Shown piece by piece: positions 9,396-18,275 of a stretch of 62,514 nt of DNA. Position 1 is the first letter of the stretch, and each line of letters opens with the position of its first letter. The stretch is from an uncultured Gammaproteobacteria bacterium. GTDB taxonomy: Bacteria; Patescibacteriota; Microgenomatia; Daviesbacterales; UBA10151. Position numbers and translations under genes: made by a program. The stretch spans positions 82,178-144,691 of the forward strand of contig CAYMTV010000001.1 of assembly GCA_964393525.1 (NCBI GenBank), written 5' to 3'. The notes beneath the pieces are model-generated. The model did not search any database. It saw only the letters and a program-made list of their open reading frames with translations, and was not told the origin of the DNA.

Positions 9396-9486
9396 ATACT
9401 CGCAGAATGAGACGAAGTCTCTTCTCCGAATAGAGCTTCGCTCATACTCGCAGAATAAATTCTGCTCATAATTCTAAAGCAGAATT
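9396..9486. repeat. 35-nt hairpin flanked by 13-bp direct repeats, followed by an 8-bp inverted repeat
   Basis: ATACTCGCAGAAT at 9396-9408 and 9444-9456 flanks GAGACGAAGTCTCT...AGAGCTTCGCTC. AATTCTGC (9458-9465) and GCAGAATT (9479-9486) form the inverted repeat. Confidence 0.8.
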
Positions 9487-9512
9487 ATATAGCTATGGGT
9501 CAAGTAAGGCAA
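9484..9512 (-). promoter_or_regulatory. Sigma70-type promoter for the dehydrogenase gene
   Basis: Minus strand TTGCCT-17 nt-TATAAT. Confidence 0.7.
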
Positions 9513-9520
9513 GTTATAGG

Positions 9521-10279
9521 TTAGTTTTCTAAGACTTTTTCTTCCTGAGCAAAAACTATTAGCCTCTGCCAATTGGTGCCAGGCGGCCAGCAGGTGGATA
9601 AAATTAAATCGGCATTTGCCTGTCTGATTGTTTCCAGATCCTGCGGTCCAATAATTTTTTTATCGGTTATTTTATAATAGTAAGTTTTCCCCCTGAAGTT
9701 AATTTTTATCTCATCTGAAACCTCAGTATCTTTCAAGGCATAAAATTTGGCATTCCATTGTTCGACGTTAAAAAGAGTATCCGTCGAATGGGCAAATAAG
9801 AAAACCGAACCGCCCTCGCCGGGGTAATAGGAGCCATTAGCATGAGCAATGCCTTTTTTTAGTTCTTCTTTATAAATGGCTTCATTTGAGGCGTCAACAT
9901 TGGGGATAATATTTGAGGTAAGGTTGATACTGGGGATGGATAAAAAAAACTCGTTACTTTTAAATTCTTCCCCGTTTGTTAATACGAAATTTTCCGAATA
10001 TGTGTTTGGATCTTTCTTGAGATTGAGATTAAATTGGGGCTGTCTTTGGGGTTTGACTATCTCATAAATTGCCGAGGCTATTGGGAGAGTAGTTGTAGTT
10101 ATACTAAAAACTGAGATAAATAAAAGACCTATGGCAATAGATTGCAGTAAATAATTTTTTCTTTGGTAGGGTTTGGGTTCTACTGTAAGATAAAGAACTC
10201 CCTGGCAAATTTTTTGCTCGTTGCTGTTAAATAAGTTAACTGCGCACTTTGGTAAGTAATATTTAACCGTCCTGCTCAT
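9521..10279 (-). CDS. Sortase
   Basis: N-terminal TM; His-Cys-Arg triad in PGEGGSVFLFAHS, LILSTCWP, WQRLIVFA. Confidence 0.92.
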   Translation of the reverse strand: MSRTVKYYLPKCAVNLFNSNEQKICQGVLYLTVEPKPYQRKNYLLQSIAIGLLFISVFSITTTTLPIASAIYEIVKPQRQPQFNLNLKKDPNTYSENFVLTNGEEFKSNEFFLSIPSINLTSNIIPNVDASNEAIYKEELKKGIAHANGSYYPGEGGSVFLFAHSTDTLFNVEQWNAKFYALKDTEVSDEIKINFRGKTYYYKITDKKIIGPQDLETIRQANADLILSTCWPPGTNWQRLIVFAQEEKVLEN

Positions 10280-10366
10280 AAAAATTTTTAAGGCAGAAAG
10301 GTTTAAGTTTGCAGATTATATCACAGGCCTTTAATTTTTATCTTAGAAATTTTAAAATGATAATAT

Positions 10367-10729
10367 ATGGCCAAATCTTTTAATATTCTTTCATTTAAAC
10401 ACGCTTTAACCGGAATCTGGACAGCGCTAACTGAGCAACCCAATTTTAAATTTCACCTTATTGCCACCGCCCTAGCACTTTTTTTAGCTTTGTATTTTCA
10501 GGTTTCCGGATTTGAATGGTTGGTTTTGATACTCACCATTGGTTTGGTAATAAGTTTGGAACTTACCAATACTGCTATTGAAGAAATTGTTAATTCTTTT
10601 ACCGAGGAGGTTCATCCGGCAGCTAAAAAAGCAAAAGATGTAGCAGCGGGCGCTGTACTAATTATCTCTATTACGGCTTTAATAATTGGCATATACATTT
10701 TCCTGCCCTATATATTAAACCTTATTTAG
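10367..10729 (+). CDS. dgkA: Diacylglycerol kinase family protein (DgkA / undecaprenol kinase)
   Basis: 120 aa, 3 TM; ELTNTAIEEIVN and AKKAKDVAAGAVLI motifs. Confidence 0.9.
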   Translation: MAKSFNILSFKHALTGIWTALTEQPNFKFHLIATALALFLALYFQVSGFEWLVLILTIGLVISLELTNTAIEEIVNSFTEEVHPAAKKAKDVAAGAVLIISITALIIGIYIFLPYILNLI

Positions 10730-12302
10730 GTATTCTTTTCTGCAGTTTGAACGAGCCGATTTCTTTTTCCCAGCCGATATCGGTAAAGTAGCCCTCAACT
10801 CTTAAATACTCATCAATAAAATATTGAGGAACACCATATAAAGGTTCAATAATTAAGTATCTTTTTTTTGGTAAGGCGTCTTGAGCGTCAACTACTTTTA
10901 AATTTCCCGGATAGCCGGGAGCATTTTTGTTACCCCATATGGGCAAAAACCCATATTTATTTTTTCCATACCATTCAAATAAATAACTCCAGGTAGTATT
11001 AATATCCAAAGGGATAGAAATTGCTTTTATGGCAAAGTCTTCACCTTTTGCATCCGCATAGATCATGTCTATAATTTTCAGCTCATCTGACAAAAGCATT
11101 CTTTCCTGCGGGGTAATAACCGGCATTGTTCCGCTGGAGTTTTTGCTTAAAATAAAATTTAAATTTGCCGATATGATTAGGGCCAAAATTAAGTAAGATA
11201 TTTTTCTAAAAAAACCGGGTCTGTCAAAAAGGAATCCTAAAATTAGAGCTGTCAGGATAATTAAAACACTCGATACTCCAACATCATAAAAATAAAATGA
11301 CTCACCGACTGTTCTTCCACCGGCGATTAAATAAAAAAAGAATAGCCCAAAAAACCAGATGCTTAAAAATAAAATTGGTTTTCTAAAATCTTTAAATTTT
11401 TTGGCAATGATGATAACTGCAATTAGTAATGTTAACCCGGGGATGATCCCGGGAAAAAATTGTCCGCTTAAATTAAATGAAATCATTTTTAAAACTGTAT
11501 TCAGAAAATGTGAGACTATAGCAATTAAATCCTTATTTGTTTGCAAACCAAAGATGCTCAAAAGACCATTTACCCCGCGGAAGTTAAATTTCAGTTCGGC
11601 AATTATGAAAGATGCTATTGAAAATAAAAATCCAAACAGCGCAAATATCCAGTACTTAAAATGAACTTTCTTAAGTTCCTTAAAATTTACTGCTAAGATT
11701 ATTAAAACCGGGACTAAAAGGTAAGTTAAGGTTAACTCAAGCTGCATTGAAGCGCCTAAAGCAACAGCTGCAAGTGTAAGCCCCAATCCCTTTTTTTGAA
11801 AAACAGTTAGAGCCAGTCCCAAAAAAGTTAACATTACGGATAAGCTTGCCAAAGAAGGGTTTCCCATGTATAAACTAAACTGGCTTTGTTCAAAAGAAAT
11901 TGCAAAAAATAAAGCTGAGAGAAGACCAATTTTTTCTACCAAAGACCCGTCAAAACTTTTTGAGGAAAAGATTGCTTTGACGGTAAAGTAGATTAAAATT
12001 ACCCCAAAGACATTAAAGATCCTTAGGAAAGCAGACAATAAAAAAGGATTTCCCGAAGTTATAAAGTATATTGGTGTTATGATGTAGTAATATAAAACCC
12101 CGTGATAAAGACCTACTTCCCCATAAGAAGTTGATGGTCCGATAAGCTGCGGGTCTCCCGAGATAATTTTTTTGGCTATGAAAGCATCCCTGGCCTGATC
12201 AAAGCCAAAATAAGTATTGGTTGGAAAATATAAAAATCTGATTATTAATCCCAAAAGAAAGATTAATATTAATACTTTATGTTTTGAGATAATTTGTCGC
12301 AC
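10722..12302 (-). CDS. ArnT/PMT-like GT-C membrane glycosyltransferase
   Basis: Polytopic; FDQARD...LIGPSTS...YYY loop motif; GTG start. Confidence 0.75.
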   Translation of the reverse strand: MRQIISKHKVLILIFLLGLIIRFLYFPTNTYFGFDQARDAFIAKKIISGDPQLIGPSTSYGEVGLYHGVLYYYIITPIYFITSGNPFLLSAFLRIFNVFGVILIYFTVKAIFSSKSFDGSLVEKIGLLSALFFAISFEQSQFSLYMGNPSLASLSVMLTFLGLALTVFQKKGLGLTLAAVALGASMQLELTLTYLLVPVLIILAVNFKELKKVHFKYWIFALFGFLFSIASFIIAELKFNFRGVNGLLSIFGLQTNKDLIAIVSHFLNTVLKMISFNLSGQFFPGIIPGLTLLIAVIIIAKKFKDFRKPILFLSIWFFGLFFFYLIAGGRTVGESFYFYDVGVSSVLIILTALILGFLFDRPGFFRKISYLILALIISANLNFILSKNSSGTMPVITPQERMLLSDELKIIDMIYADAKGEDFAIKAISIPLDINTTWSYLFEWYGKNKYGFLPIWGNKNAPGYPGNLKVVDAQDALPKKRYLIIEPLYGVPQYFIDEYLRVEGYFTDIGWEKEIGSFKLQKRIPK

Positions 12303-12388
12303 TCTTGATCTATGTTAAAGATTTTAGGAGGTTAAAACAATTGTTAGCTTGAATAATTCTTTAAAGATGAATATTATCTTAGAAAGTT

Positions 12389-13057
12389 ATGATACCGATA
12401 TCCGATTCGCATCCGGCCGGAAAATTTCCTTTTTGGGTGATAGTTATCATTGTTTTAAATGTTTACTTTTTTTATCTGGAACTGACCGCACCCAGCACGG
12501 ATTTTTTCATCAGCCAGTATGCACTAATACCTGCAGCAGTAGATTTTTCTAATTTGTCATCACTGACTCCTTTTATCACCAGCCAGTTTCTGCATGGGGG
12601 ATTTTTGCATATTATTTCCAACATGCTTTTTTTGTGGGTATTTGGTGATAATGTTGAGGCCAAAATGGGAAAATTAATATTCCCCTTTATTTATCTACTT
12701 TCCGGAGTAGTCGGCGGATTTGCTCAATACATTTTTATCCCGGACTCAACTATACCAATGCTTGGTGCATCAGGCGCGGTGGCTGGAGTTCTTGGGGCTT
12801 ACTTTGCCTGGTTTCCTCATCACAGCGTTAAAACCTTGGTGCCTGTTTTTGGTTTCTTGACTGTGGTAAATATCCCTGCCTCTTTTATGCTATTTTACTG
12901 GTTTATCACACAGCTATTTTCCGGGGCATTTTCTTTAGGGATTGATCAGGGGGCGATGGGCGGGGTGGCGTACTTTGCCCATATTGGCGGGTTTGCAACC
13001 GGTTTCTTTTTTGCCAAAATTATTTCTCCGACAAAGCGCTTGGGAGAACATGCTTGA
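12389..13057 (+). CDS. Rhomboid intramembrane serine protease
   Basis: FLHGGFLHIISNM, GASGAVAG (catalytic Ser), AYFAHIGGF (catalytic His). Confidence 0.93.
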   Translation: MIPISDSHPAGKFPFWVIVIIVLNVYFFYLELTAPSTDFFISQYALIPAAVDFSNLSSLTPFITSQFLHGGFLHIISNMLFLWVFGDNVEAKMGKLIFPFIYLLSGVVGGFAQYIFIPDSTIPMLGASGAVAGVLGAYFAWFPHHSVKTLVPVFGFLTVVNIPASFMLFYWFITQLFSGAFSLGIDQGAMGGVAYFAHIGGFATGFFFAKIISPTKRLGEHA

Positions 13058-13065
13058 ATAATTCT

Positions 13066-14166
13066 TTAAAGTTCAATTAAGTTTTTGGAAGAATTGGTTA
13101 ATTGTTTAAGTGTATTTCCTTCAATAACAAACAGGTCCTCAATTCTTACCCCGCCGAAACCAGGAATATAAATACCCGGTTCAATTGAAAAAACCATGCC
13201 TTCTAAAAGATCATGCTTGCTTTTTGGAGTAAGAGAAGCCGGTTCATGAACCATCAGCCCAATTCCATGCCCCAAAGAGTGGGGGATATTAGGATAGCCT
13301 TTTGACTTAATATATTCTCTTACTAAAAGATCTGCACTTTTTGCCGGAATTTTTTCTTTCAGCATGAGCTTTTTATTTATAAACTCGACTGCTTTCTCCT
13401 GCGCTTGTAGAACTACATTATATATATGCTTTTGTTTTTCACCTGCTTGCCCAAAAAAAACAGTCCTTGTCATATCCGAGCAGTAGTTTTCAAATTTCAC
13501 CCCAAAATCCAAAAGAATGAACTGGCCGTTTTTTTCTTCAAGTCTTATTTTGCTTGTTTGGTGATGGGGGACTGAAGAGTGATTGCCAAAAGCCACAATT
13601 GGTTCAAAAGAAAGATCAGCGCCTTTTTTCCTGAAGAAATATTCGAGCTCGTGAGCCAGTTCTTTTTCCGAAGCCCCTTTTTTAATCTTTTTAAGAATAT
13701 ACTCAAAACCTTGATCGCCAATCTGACAAGCATTGTAAATTAAATCAATCTCCCCTTTATCTTTAATTATTCTTATCTCAGAAACGTTAAAATTAGTTAT
13801 TTTTTTAAAAAACGGTTTAAGGGTTTTATATTCGGCAAAACTTATATCATCCTCTTCTAACCCTAGTTTTTTTATTTCATATTTTTTTGCCAAATTTTCC
13901 GCCAAATCCTTAAATGGACTGTTGGCAGTAATTTCCAAAAGCTTAAAATGCTTAATTTCTCCCAAGACCGCCTCGCTGTATCTTCCGTCTGTAATAATGA
14001 ATTGAGCTTTTAGGGTAATCAGTAGAAATACTTCCCGCTCCAAATTGGTAAAATTGGAGAATCCGGTAAGATAAGTAATATTTGGTATATAGGAAATAAG
14101 CAAGGCATCAAGCCCCGCACCCGTAAATAGCTTTCTTAATTTTTCCACCCTTTTTTGATAATCCAT
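13066..14166 (-). CDS. pepP: Xaa-Pro aminopeptidase (M24B)
   Basis: DFG...YCSDMTRT, HSLGHGIGL.VHE and EPGIY...GGVRIED motifs. Confidence 0.9.
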   Translation of the reverse strand: MDYQKRVEKLRKLFTGAGLDALLISYIPNITYLTGFSNFTNLEREVFLLITLKAQFIITDGRYSEAVLGEIKHFKLLEITANSPFKDLAENLAKKYEIKKLGLEEDDISFAEYKTLKPFFKKITNFNVSEIRIIKDKGEIDLIYNACQIGDQGFEYILKKIKKGASEKELAHELEYFFRKKGADLSFEPIVAFGNHSSVPHHQTSKIRLEEKNGQFILLDFGVKFENYCSDMTRTVFFGQAGEKQKHIYNVVLQAQEKAVEFINKKLMLKEKIPAKSADLLVREYIKSKGYPNIPHSLGHGIGLMVHEPASLTPKSKHDLLEGMVFSIEPGIYIPGFGGVRIEDLFVIEGNTLKQLTNSSKNLIEL

Positions 14167-14256
14167 GAAGAATATTCTAACTGATTAATGAAACATTTCA
14201 AACAATTGTTGACTTTGGTATATAGTTTAGAGATTATCTAATAAGAGCAAAAGAAA

Positions 14257-16734
14257 GTGAAAGCTATCTATTTACTAGTATTTCTGCTTTTTTTAGGCTT
14301 TCCATTTATTTTTCTTACCAACCCCGCTCAAGCAGAATATCTTTATTTTCAAGATGAGTTTAATGAAAACAGAAGTCCTAATACTTTAGAAAGTTCAAAA
14401 TGGATAGTATATCCTAATAATATTTTAGGATTTACTACAATTTCTGAGGCAAATGGAATTTTATCTACCACTCAACAAAACAATACCAATCAGTATCCTT
14501 TAGTTGTTTCTAAATCTCAAGTTTTACCGGCAGGAGATTTTTCGGCAGAAATAAAATTCCAATATACAAAAGTCACCCACTGGGGAACAGGGATTGCTTT
14601 AGTTGAGCAACTTCCCAAAAACGGGGGAGGGTTTAATGCACTGCTTAATATTCAAGTCTGGCAGGATAAATCTGTTGGCCCTAATATGAGGGTGCAGTTT
14701 GATGGTCCAATTGTTTATAGCACAAATATTAATACAAATTTACACACCCTAAGGGTGGACAGAACAGGCAAAAAATATTTGATTTTTCTGGACAATCAGC
14801 TAATTTTTACATCCCCTGATACAACTGAACAGGTTAAATATATCTGGATGGGAAACCCAGATAAGCTTAATTTTTTAGTCCCTGAATGGACCACGTTTAA
14901 TGTAGATTACATCAGGGTTAAATCATTTGCTCCTGAGCCATTTTTAGAGTTGCCTTGGGAATATGAGAAAAAAGGCATAAGTTTTAATGAAGCCGCCTTA
15001 GCAATAAGCTCATATTTTGATCATGAGTATCCTTTGTTAAGTACAGGATTAAATGAAGAAAGTGATAAAAGTGGAAATGTAATTTATTTCAGAGGTCCTC
15101 CACAAACTAATAAATCATATTCATCTCACGATGGCTATGATTATGCAAGATTAGCAAGAGCAAATCTTAAAGATCCGGTTTTAGCTGCTGCTGCAGGAGA
15201 GGCTACATATAAAAATGATTGCACAGCTTGTGGTAATGCTATTTTAATTGATCACAAAAACGGTTATCAGACCAGATATTATCACCTTTATGATGAGGGA
15301 TTAATTACAAAAACACCGGGGGAGAAAGTCAATGTTGCTGCGGGAGAGCAAATTGGTTTGATTGGTGCAACCGGAAATGTTTTGCCCGAAGGCGATGCCG
15401 GCGCACACATCCATTTTATGGTAGTTCAAGACAAAGACGGGGACGGGGACTTTAATAACAATATCCCGGATGGGCTGGTTGACCCGTTTGGCTGGCAAAG
15501 TAAAGAAGATGATCCCTGGGAAAAATATAACTTTTTCTATCTTAATAAAAGTAGGATCGGCAATAAAAGCTACTACATTTGGAAGAAAAAACTGGATAAT
15601 TTGGATGCTAATTTGGATTCAAACGGCGGGATATTTGAAACAGGCAGATACAAGTTTAACTTTCCGCAAGGCGCTACAAATTGGGATTTAAGACTTGAGG
15701 TAAGTTCCGCACCGATTAGTGTATTTGGCAATTTTTCCTCTATCGGATCAACTATTATTTCTACAGCCAAAGATTCCCTGGGTAATTTAGTTCAACAATT
15801 TGGCGCATTGTACGAACTGACGGTTGATTTTAAAGGCTTTGATCTATCAAGTTATAAAAAGGAAACTATTTCTATTTATTCAAGCGAGGATGGGATAAAT
15901 TGGAACAAGGAAGAGACAGCAGTAGATTTAGAAGAAAATATTGCAAAAGCCCAAATTAATCATATGACCTATTTTGGCCTAATGGCAGAGAGGATTGATA
16001 ACCTAGCTCCTGCAACAAACGTGGACTTAGAGGGCCAGATGGGGGATCCGAATTGGTTTAGGTCTGATGTAAAAGTAAATTTAAATCCACAAGATAATGA
16101 GGGGGGACATGGGGTTGATTACACATTTTACAAACTTAATGAGGAAGACTGGAAGTTATATACTGCACCACTAATATTTACAAATGAAGGAAATTATAAG
16201 ATCCAATATTATTCGGTTGACAAAGATGACAATATAGAAGAAGTAAAAACTAAAGAGTTTAATATTGATAAGACTATTCCCGAGGCAAAAGTATTTGTTG
16301 ACCCGCAAGTTTATGATTTGAAAGTAATCGGGATAGATCAAAATTTAAAAACTGTTGAAAAGGATGACTTAAGTTATATTATCTCTGATTTTTCAGGAAA
16401 CCAGCTTAAATTAGAGGTTGAGGAAAAAGATAAGGAAAAAAAGGATGAGTTTAAAATTAACTCTATGCAATACAACAATGAACTGGTAGTTGAACAACCG
16501 GATAATAAGTTAAAAGTAGAGTATAAAAGTAAAGATAATAAGTTTCATCCAAAAAAGCAGGAATTTGAAATGGAAAAGGAGGTAAAAATGGAAATTAAAT
16601 ATGAGATGGATAAAAATTCAAGCGAAATAACCACTAAGGTAAATGGAGAAAAAAAGATCAGACAGGTTAAAGAAGGGCTAGTAATCTTGCAGTTGGTAAC
16701 AAATAAGGGTAAGCTGGAATATAGTTATGAATAA
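14257..16734 (+). CDS. Secreted multidomain protein: lectin-like N-domain, canonical M23 peptidase, ZU5/GPS-like beta domain, Ig-like C-domain
   Basis: Signal peptide; HDGYD...YYHL...GATG...HIHF in canonical order; DKDGDGD motif; WFRSDV...IQYYSVDK domain. Confidence 0.75.
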   Translation: MKAIYLLVFLLFLGFPFIFLTNPAQAEYLYFQDEFNENRSPNTLESSKWIVYPNNILGFTTISEANGILSTTQQNNTNQYPLVVSKSQVLPAGDFSAEIKFQYTKVTHWGTGIALVEQLPKNGGGFNALLNIQVWQDKSVGPNMRVQFDGPIVYSTNINTNLHTLRVDRTGKKYLIFLDNQLIFTSPDTTEQVKYIWMGNPDKLNFLVPEWTTFNVDYIRVKSFAPEPFLELPWEYEKKGISFNEAALAISSYFDHEYPLLSTGLNEESDKSGNVIYFRGPPQTNKSYSSHDGYDYARLARANLKDPVLAAAAGEATYKNDCTACGNAILIDHKNGYQTRYYHLYDEGLITKTPGEKVNVAAGEQIGLIGATGNVLPEGDAGAHIHFMVVQDKDGDGDFNNNIPDGLVDPFGWQSKEDDPWEKYNFFYLNKSRIGNKSYYIWKKKLDNLDANLDSNGGIFETGRYKFNFPQGATNWDLRLEVSSAPISVFGNFSSIGSTIISTAKDSLGNLVQQFGALYELTVDFKGFDLSSYKKETISIYSSEDGINWNKEETAVDLEENIAKAQINHMTYFGLMAERIDNLAPATNVDLEGQMGDPNWFRSDVKVNLNPQDNEGGHGVDYTFYKLNEEDWKLYTAPLIFTNEGNYKIQYYSVDKDDNIEEVKTKEFNIDKTIPEAKVFVDPQVYDLKVIGIDQNLKTVEKDDLSYIISDFSGNQLKLEVEEKDKEKKDEFKINSMQYNNELVVEQPDNKLKVEYKSKDNKFHPKKQEFEMEKEVKMEIKYEMDKNSSEITTKVNGEKKIRQVKEGLVILQLVTNKGKLEYSYE

Positions 16735-17266
16735 ATTTAACCAAACAGGAAATACCATAATTTTTTTAATATTAATTGGTGTTTTAGTGATTGGAGTTAT
16801 CCTTTATTCAAAATTTAATTTGTTAACTAAAAATAATAGTAGTTTACCCAAAACAGGCAATTCGCAGTCAAACGATTCAGGCCAAACGACTCAAAAGCAA
16901 ATAAAAACCTATCAATCAAAAAATTTAAAGTTCTCAGTTAATTTTTCTGGTGATTTTCAAATTGAAGAAAGGTTTAATTCTGTTTTTTTGAATTCGGATA
17001 ATAAGATGATTATTATTGAAAGAATAGGCACAAATTTTTCAACCATAGATGAATATTTAGAGGATTTAGGATCAAAAAATAAGTTTATGCTCAAAAATAA
17101 ACAAAAGAAACAGGTGAATGGAGCAGAAGCGATAATGGTCTACATTGGTGATGAAAAGAACTATTTTATTTATGTGTCGGACAGCGTTTATTCTTTTTCA
17201 ACTTCAGATAAATCCCTTTATGATGATTTAGACCAAATTGCACAATCCTTTAAGTACATACCTTAA
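16727..17266 (+). CDS. Membrane-anchored exported protein, possible PsbP-like fold
   Basis: Single N-terminal TM; C-terminal DQIAQSFKY ending; 8-nt overlap with the upstream gene. Confidence 0.6.
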   Translation: MNKFNQTGNTIIFLILIGVLVIGVILYSKFNLLTKNNSSLPKTGNSQSNDSGQTTQKQIKTYQSKNLKFSVNFSGDFQIEERFNSVFLNSDNKMIIIERIGTNFSTIDEYLEDLGSKNKFMLKNKQKKQVNGAEAIMVYIGDEKNYFIYVSDSVYSFSTSDKSLYDDLDQIAQSFKYIP

Positions 17267-17369
17267 CCACAATAATTCCTAATTCCTTATATCACAAACA
17301 ATATGTACGTGCATACAAGTTGTGCAATGCAAGTTTTCCGAAATTAGAGAAGACAAAGAAAGGGTGTCA

Positions 17370-17433
17370 AGCCTTTCGACCCTGAGCGGTTCGGCCCTGA
17401 GCTCACCGTCGAAGGACTCACTGCCGAAGGGCT
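17370..17433. repeat. Nested REP-like palindromic element
   Basis: TTCG(A/G)CCCTGAGC at 17375 and 17390; CTCAC(C/T)G(T/C)CGAAGG at 17402 and 17417; outer arms AGCCTTTCGAC / GCCGAAGGGCT. Confidence 0.75.
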
Positions 17434-17436
17434 AGT

Positions 17437-17451
17437 CCACCCGGAGGGTGG
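17437..17451. repeat. Small GC-rich hairpin CCACCC-GGA-GGGTGG
   Basis: Perfect 6-bp stem with no U-tract. Confidence 0.6.
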
Positions 17452-17520
17452 GAAGCTATCCTAATTTGGCGGATTGACAGAAATGTGGATAAGTTATACA
17501 AAGGACCTAGGAATTTGAAT

Positions 17521-18237
17521 ATGGCTGGTCCTTATGAATTTAGGGATAAACTTCCTAGAGTTGACGAGCATCATGTAAGACCTATTTATGAAGCGTTAGG
17601 GGTAGACCCTACTAAACCTCCAAGCATTTCCAGATTTGGGTCTAACCCATATTCCGAGGGAACATGGGATTTTACTGTTGGCGTTATGGTTAAAGTTGGC
17701 AGAGTTACTCCTAAACTCACAGAAGCCATAGAAAGAAGCGCCAAAGAAATGTATGGTCAAGATGCAGCTGAGTTTAGAAGACTGCATGGATTTGGAGCTT
17801 ATGTAGTAGTAGAAGCTTTGTGGAATGCGAGCGGAGAGGGATTCTTTGCTAGATTAGAAAAACTTCAAGCCAATAGATACATACCAATCGCCGAAATGAT
17901 GAAAGCGTATAAACCTTGTTCTACAACAGGAGATGTTTATGACTTTGGTCAAAGGCCTGTCGAATTTCCTGCAAGACAAGCAACACTGCAAAAAGTAGTG
18001 GATACAGTTGCCCCTTTAGCTGCTCGAACTGGAATACAAATAGATTTGCCTATATTTAAAGGTGATATACACAAGGTTAGAACTGCTGCAATTGGCTTCT
18101 ATGTAGGATTTGCAAAAATGTTTTGTTTGCCTTGGGCACCACAGGAAGAAAGGGATCCTATTTTGGCAGAAATAATTCCTGCTCCTGCGGAAGCTGTGGT
18201 ACCAGAAGAATTTGCAACTTTTCTTTCAACACTTTAA
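17521..18237 (+). CDS. Hypothetical cytoplasmic protein (orphan)
   Basis: Long open frame. The ATG at 17521 is preferred over GTG 17485 because TTGACA-17-TACAAA (17474-17502) lies between them. Confidence 0.6.
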   Translation: MAGPYEFRDKLPRVDEHHVRPIYEALGVDPTKPPSISRFGSNPYSEGTWDFTVGVMVKVGRVTPKLTEAIERSAKEMYGQDAAEFRRLHGFGAYVVVEALWNASGEGFFARLEKLQANRYIPIAEMMKAYKPCSTTGDVYDFGQRPVEFPARQATLQKVVDTVAPLAARTGIQIDLPIFKGDIHKVRTAAIGFYVGFAKMFCLPWAPQEERDPILAEIIPAPAEAVVPEEFATFLSTL

Positions 18238-18275
18238 ATTGAACTACACTATAGCGATAGCCAACCTCCCAATAC

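Noticed and set aside
9396-9456. 13-bp repeats with a 35-nt spacer as a mini-CRISPR
   Set aside because: Repeats are too short, there are only two, the spacer is itself a hairpin, and there are no cas genes.
16840-16860. LPKTG in the 179-aa protein as a sortase signal
   Set aside because: It lies just after the N-terminal TM and is not followed by a hydrophobic segment and basic tail.
17437-17451. Hairpin as an intrinsic terminator
   Set aside because: No U-tract on either strand, and it lies ~170 nt from the upstream stop.
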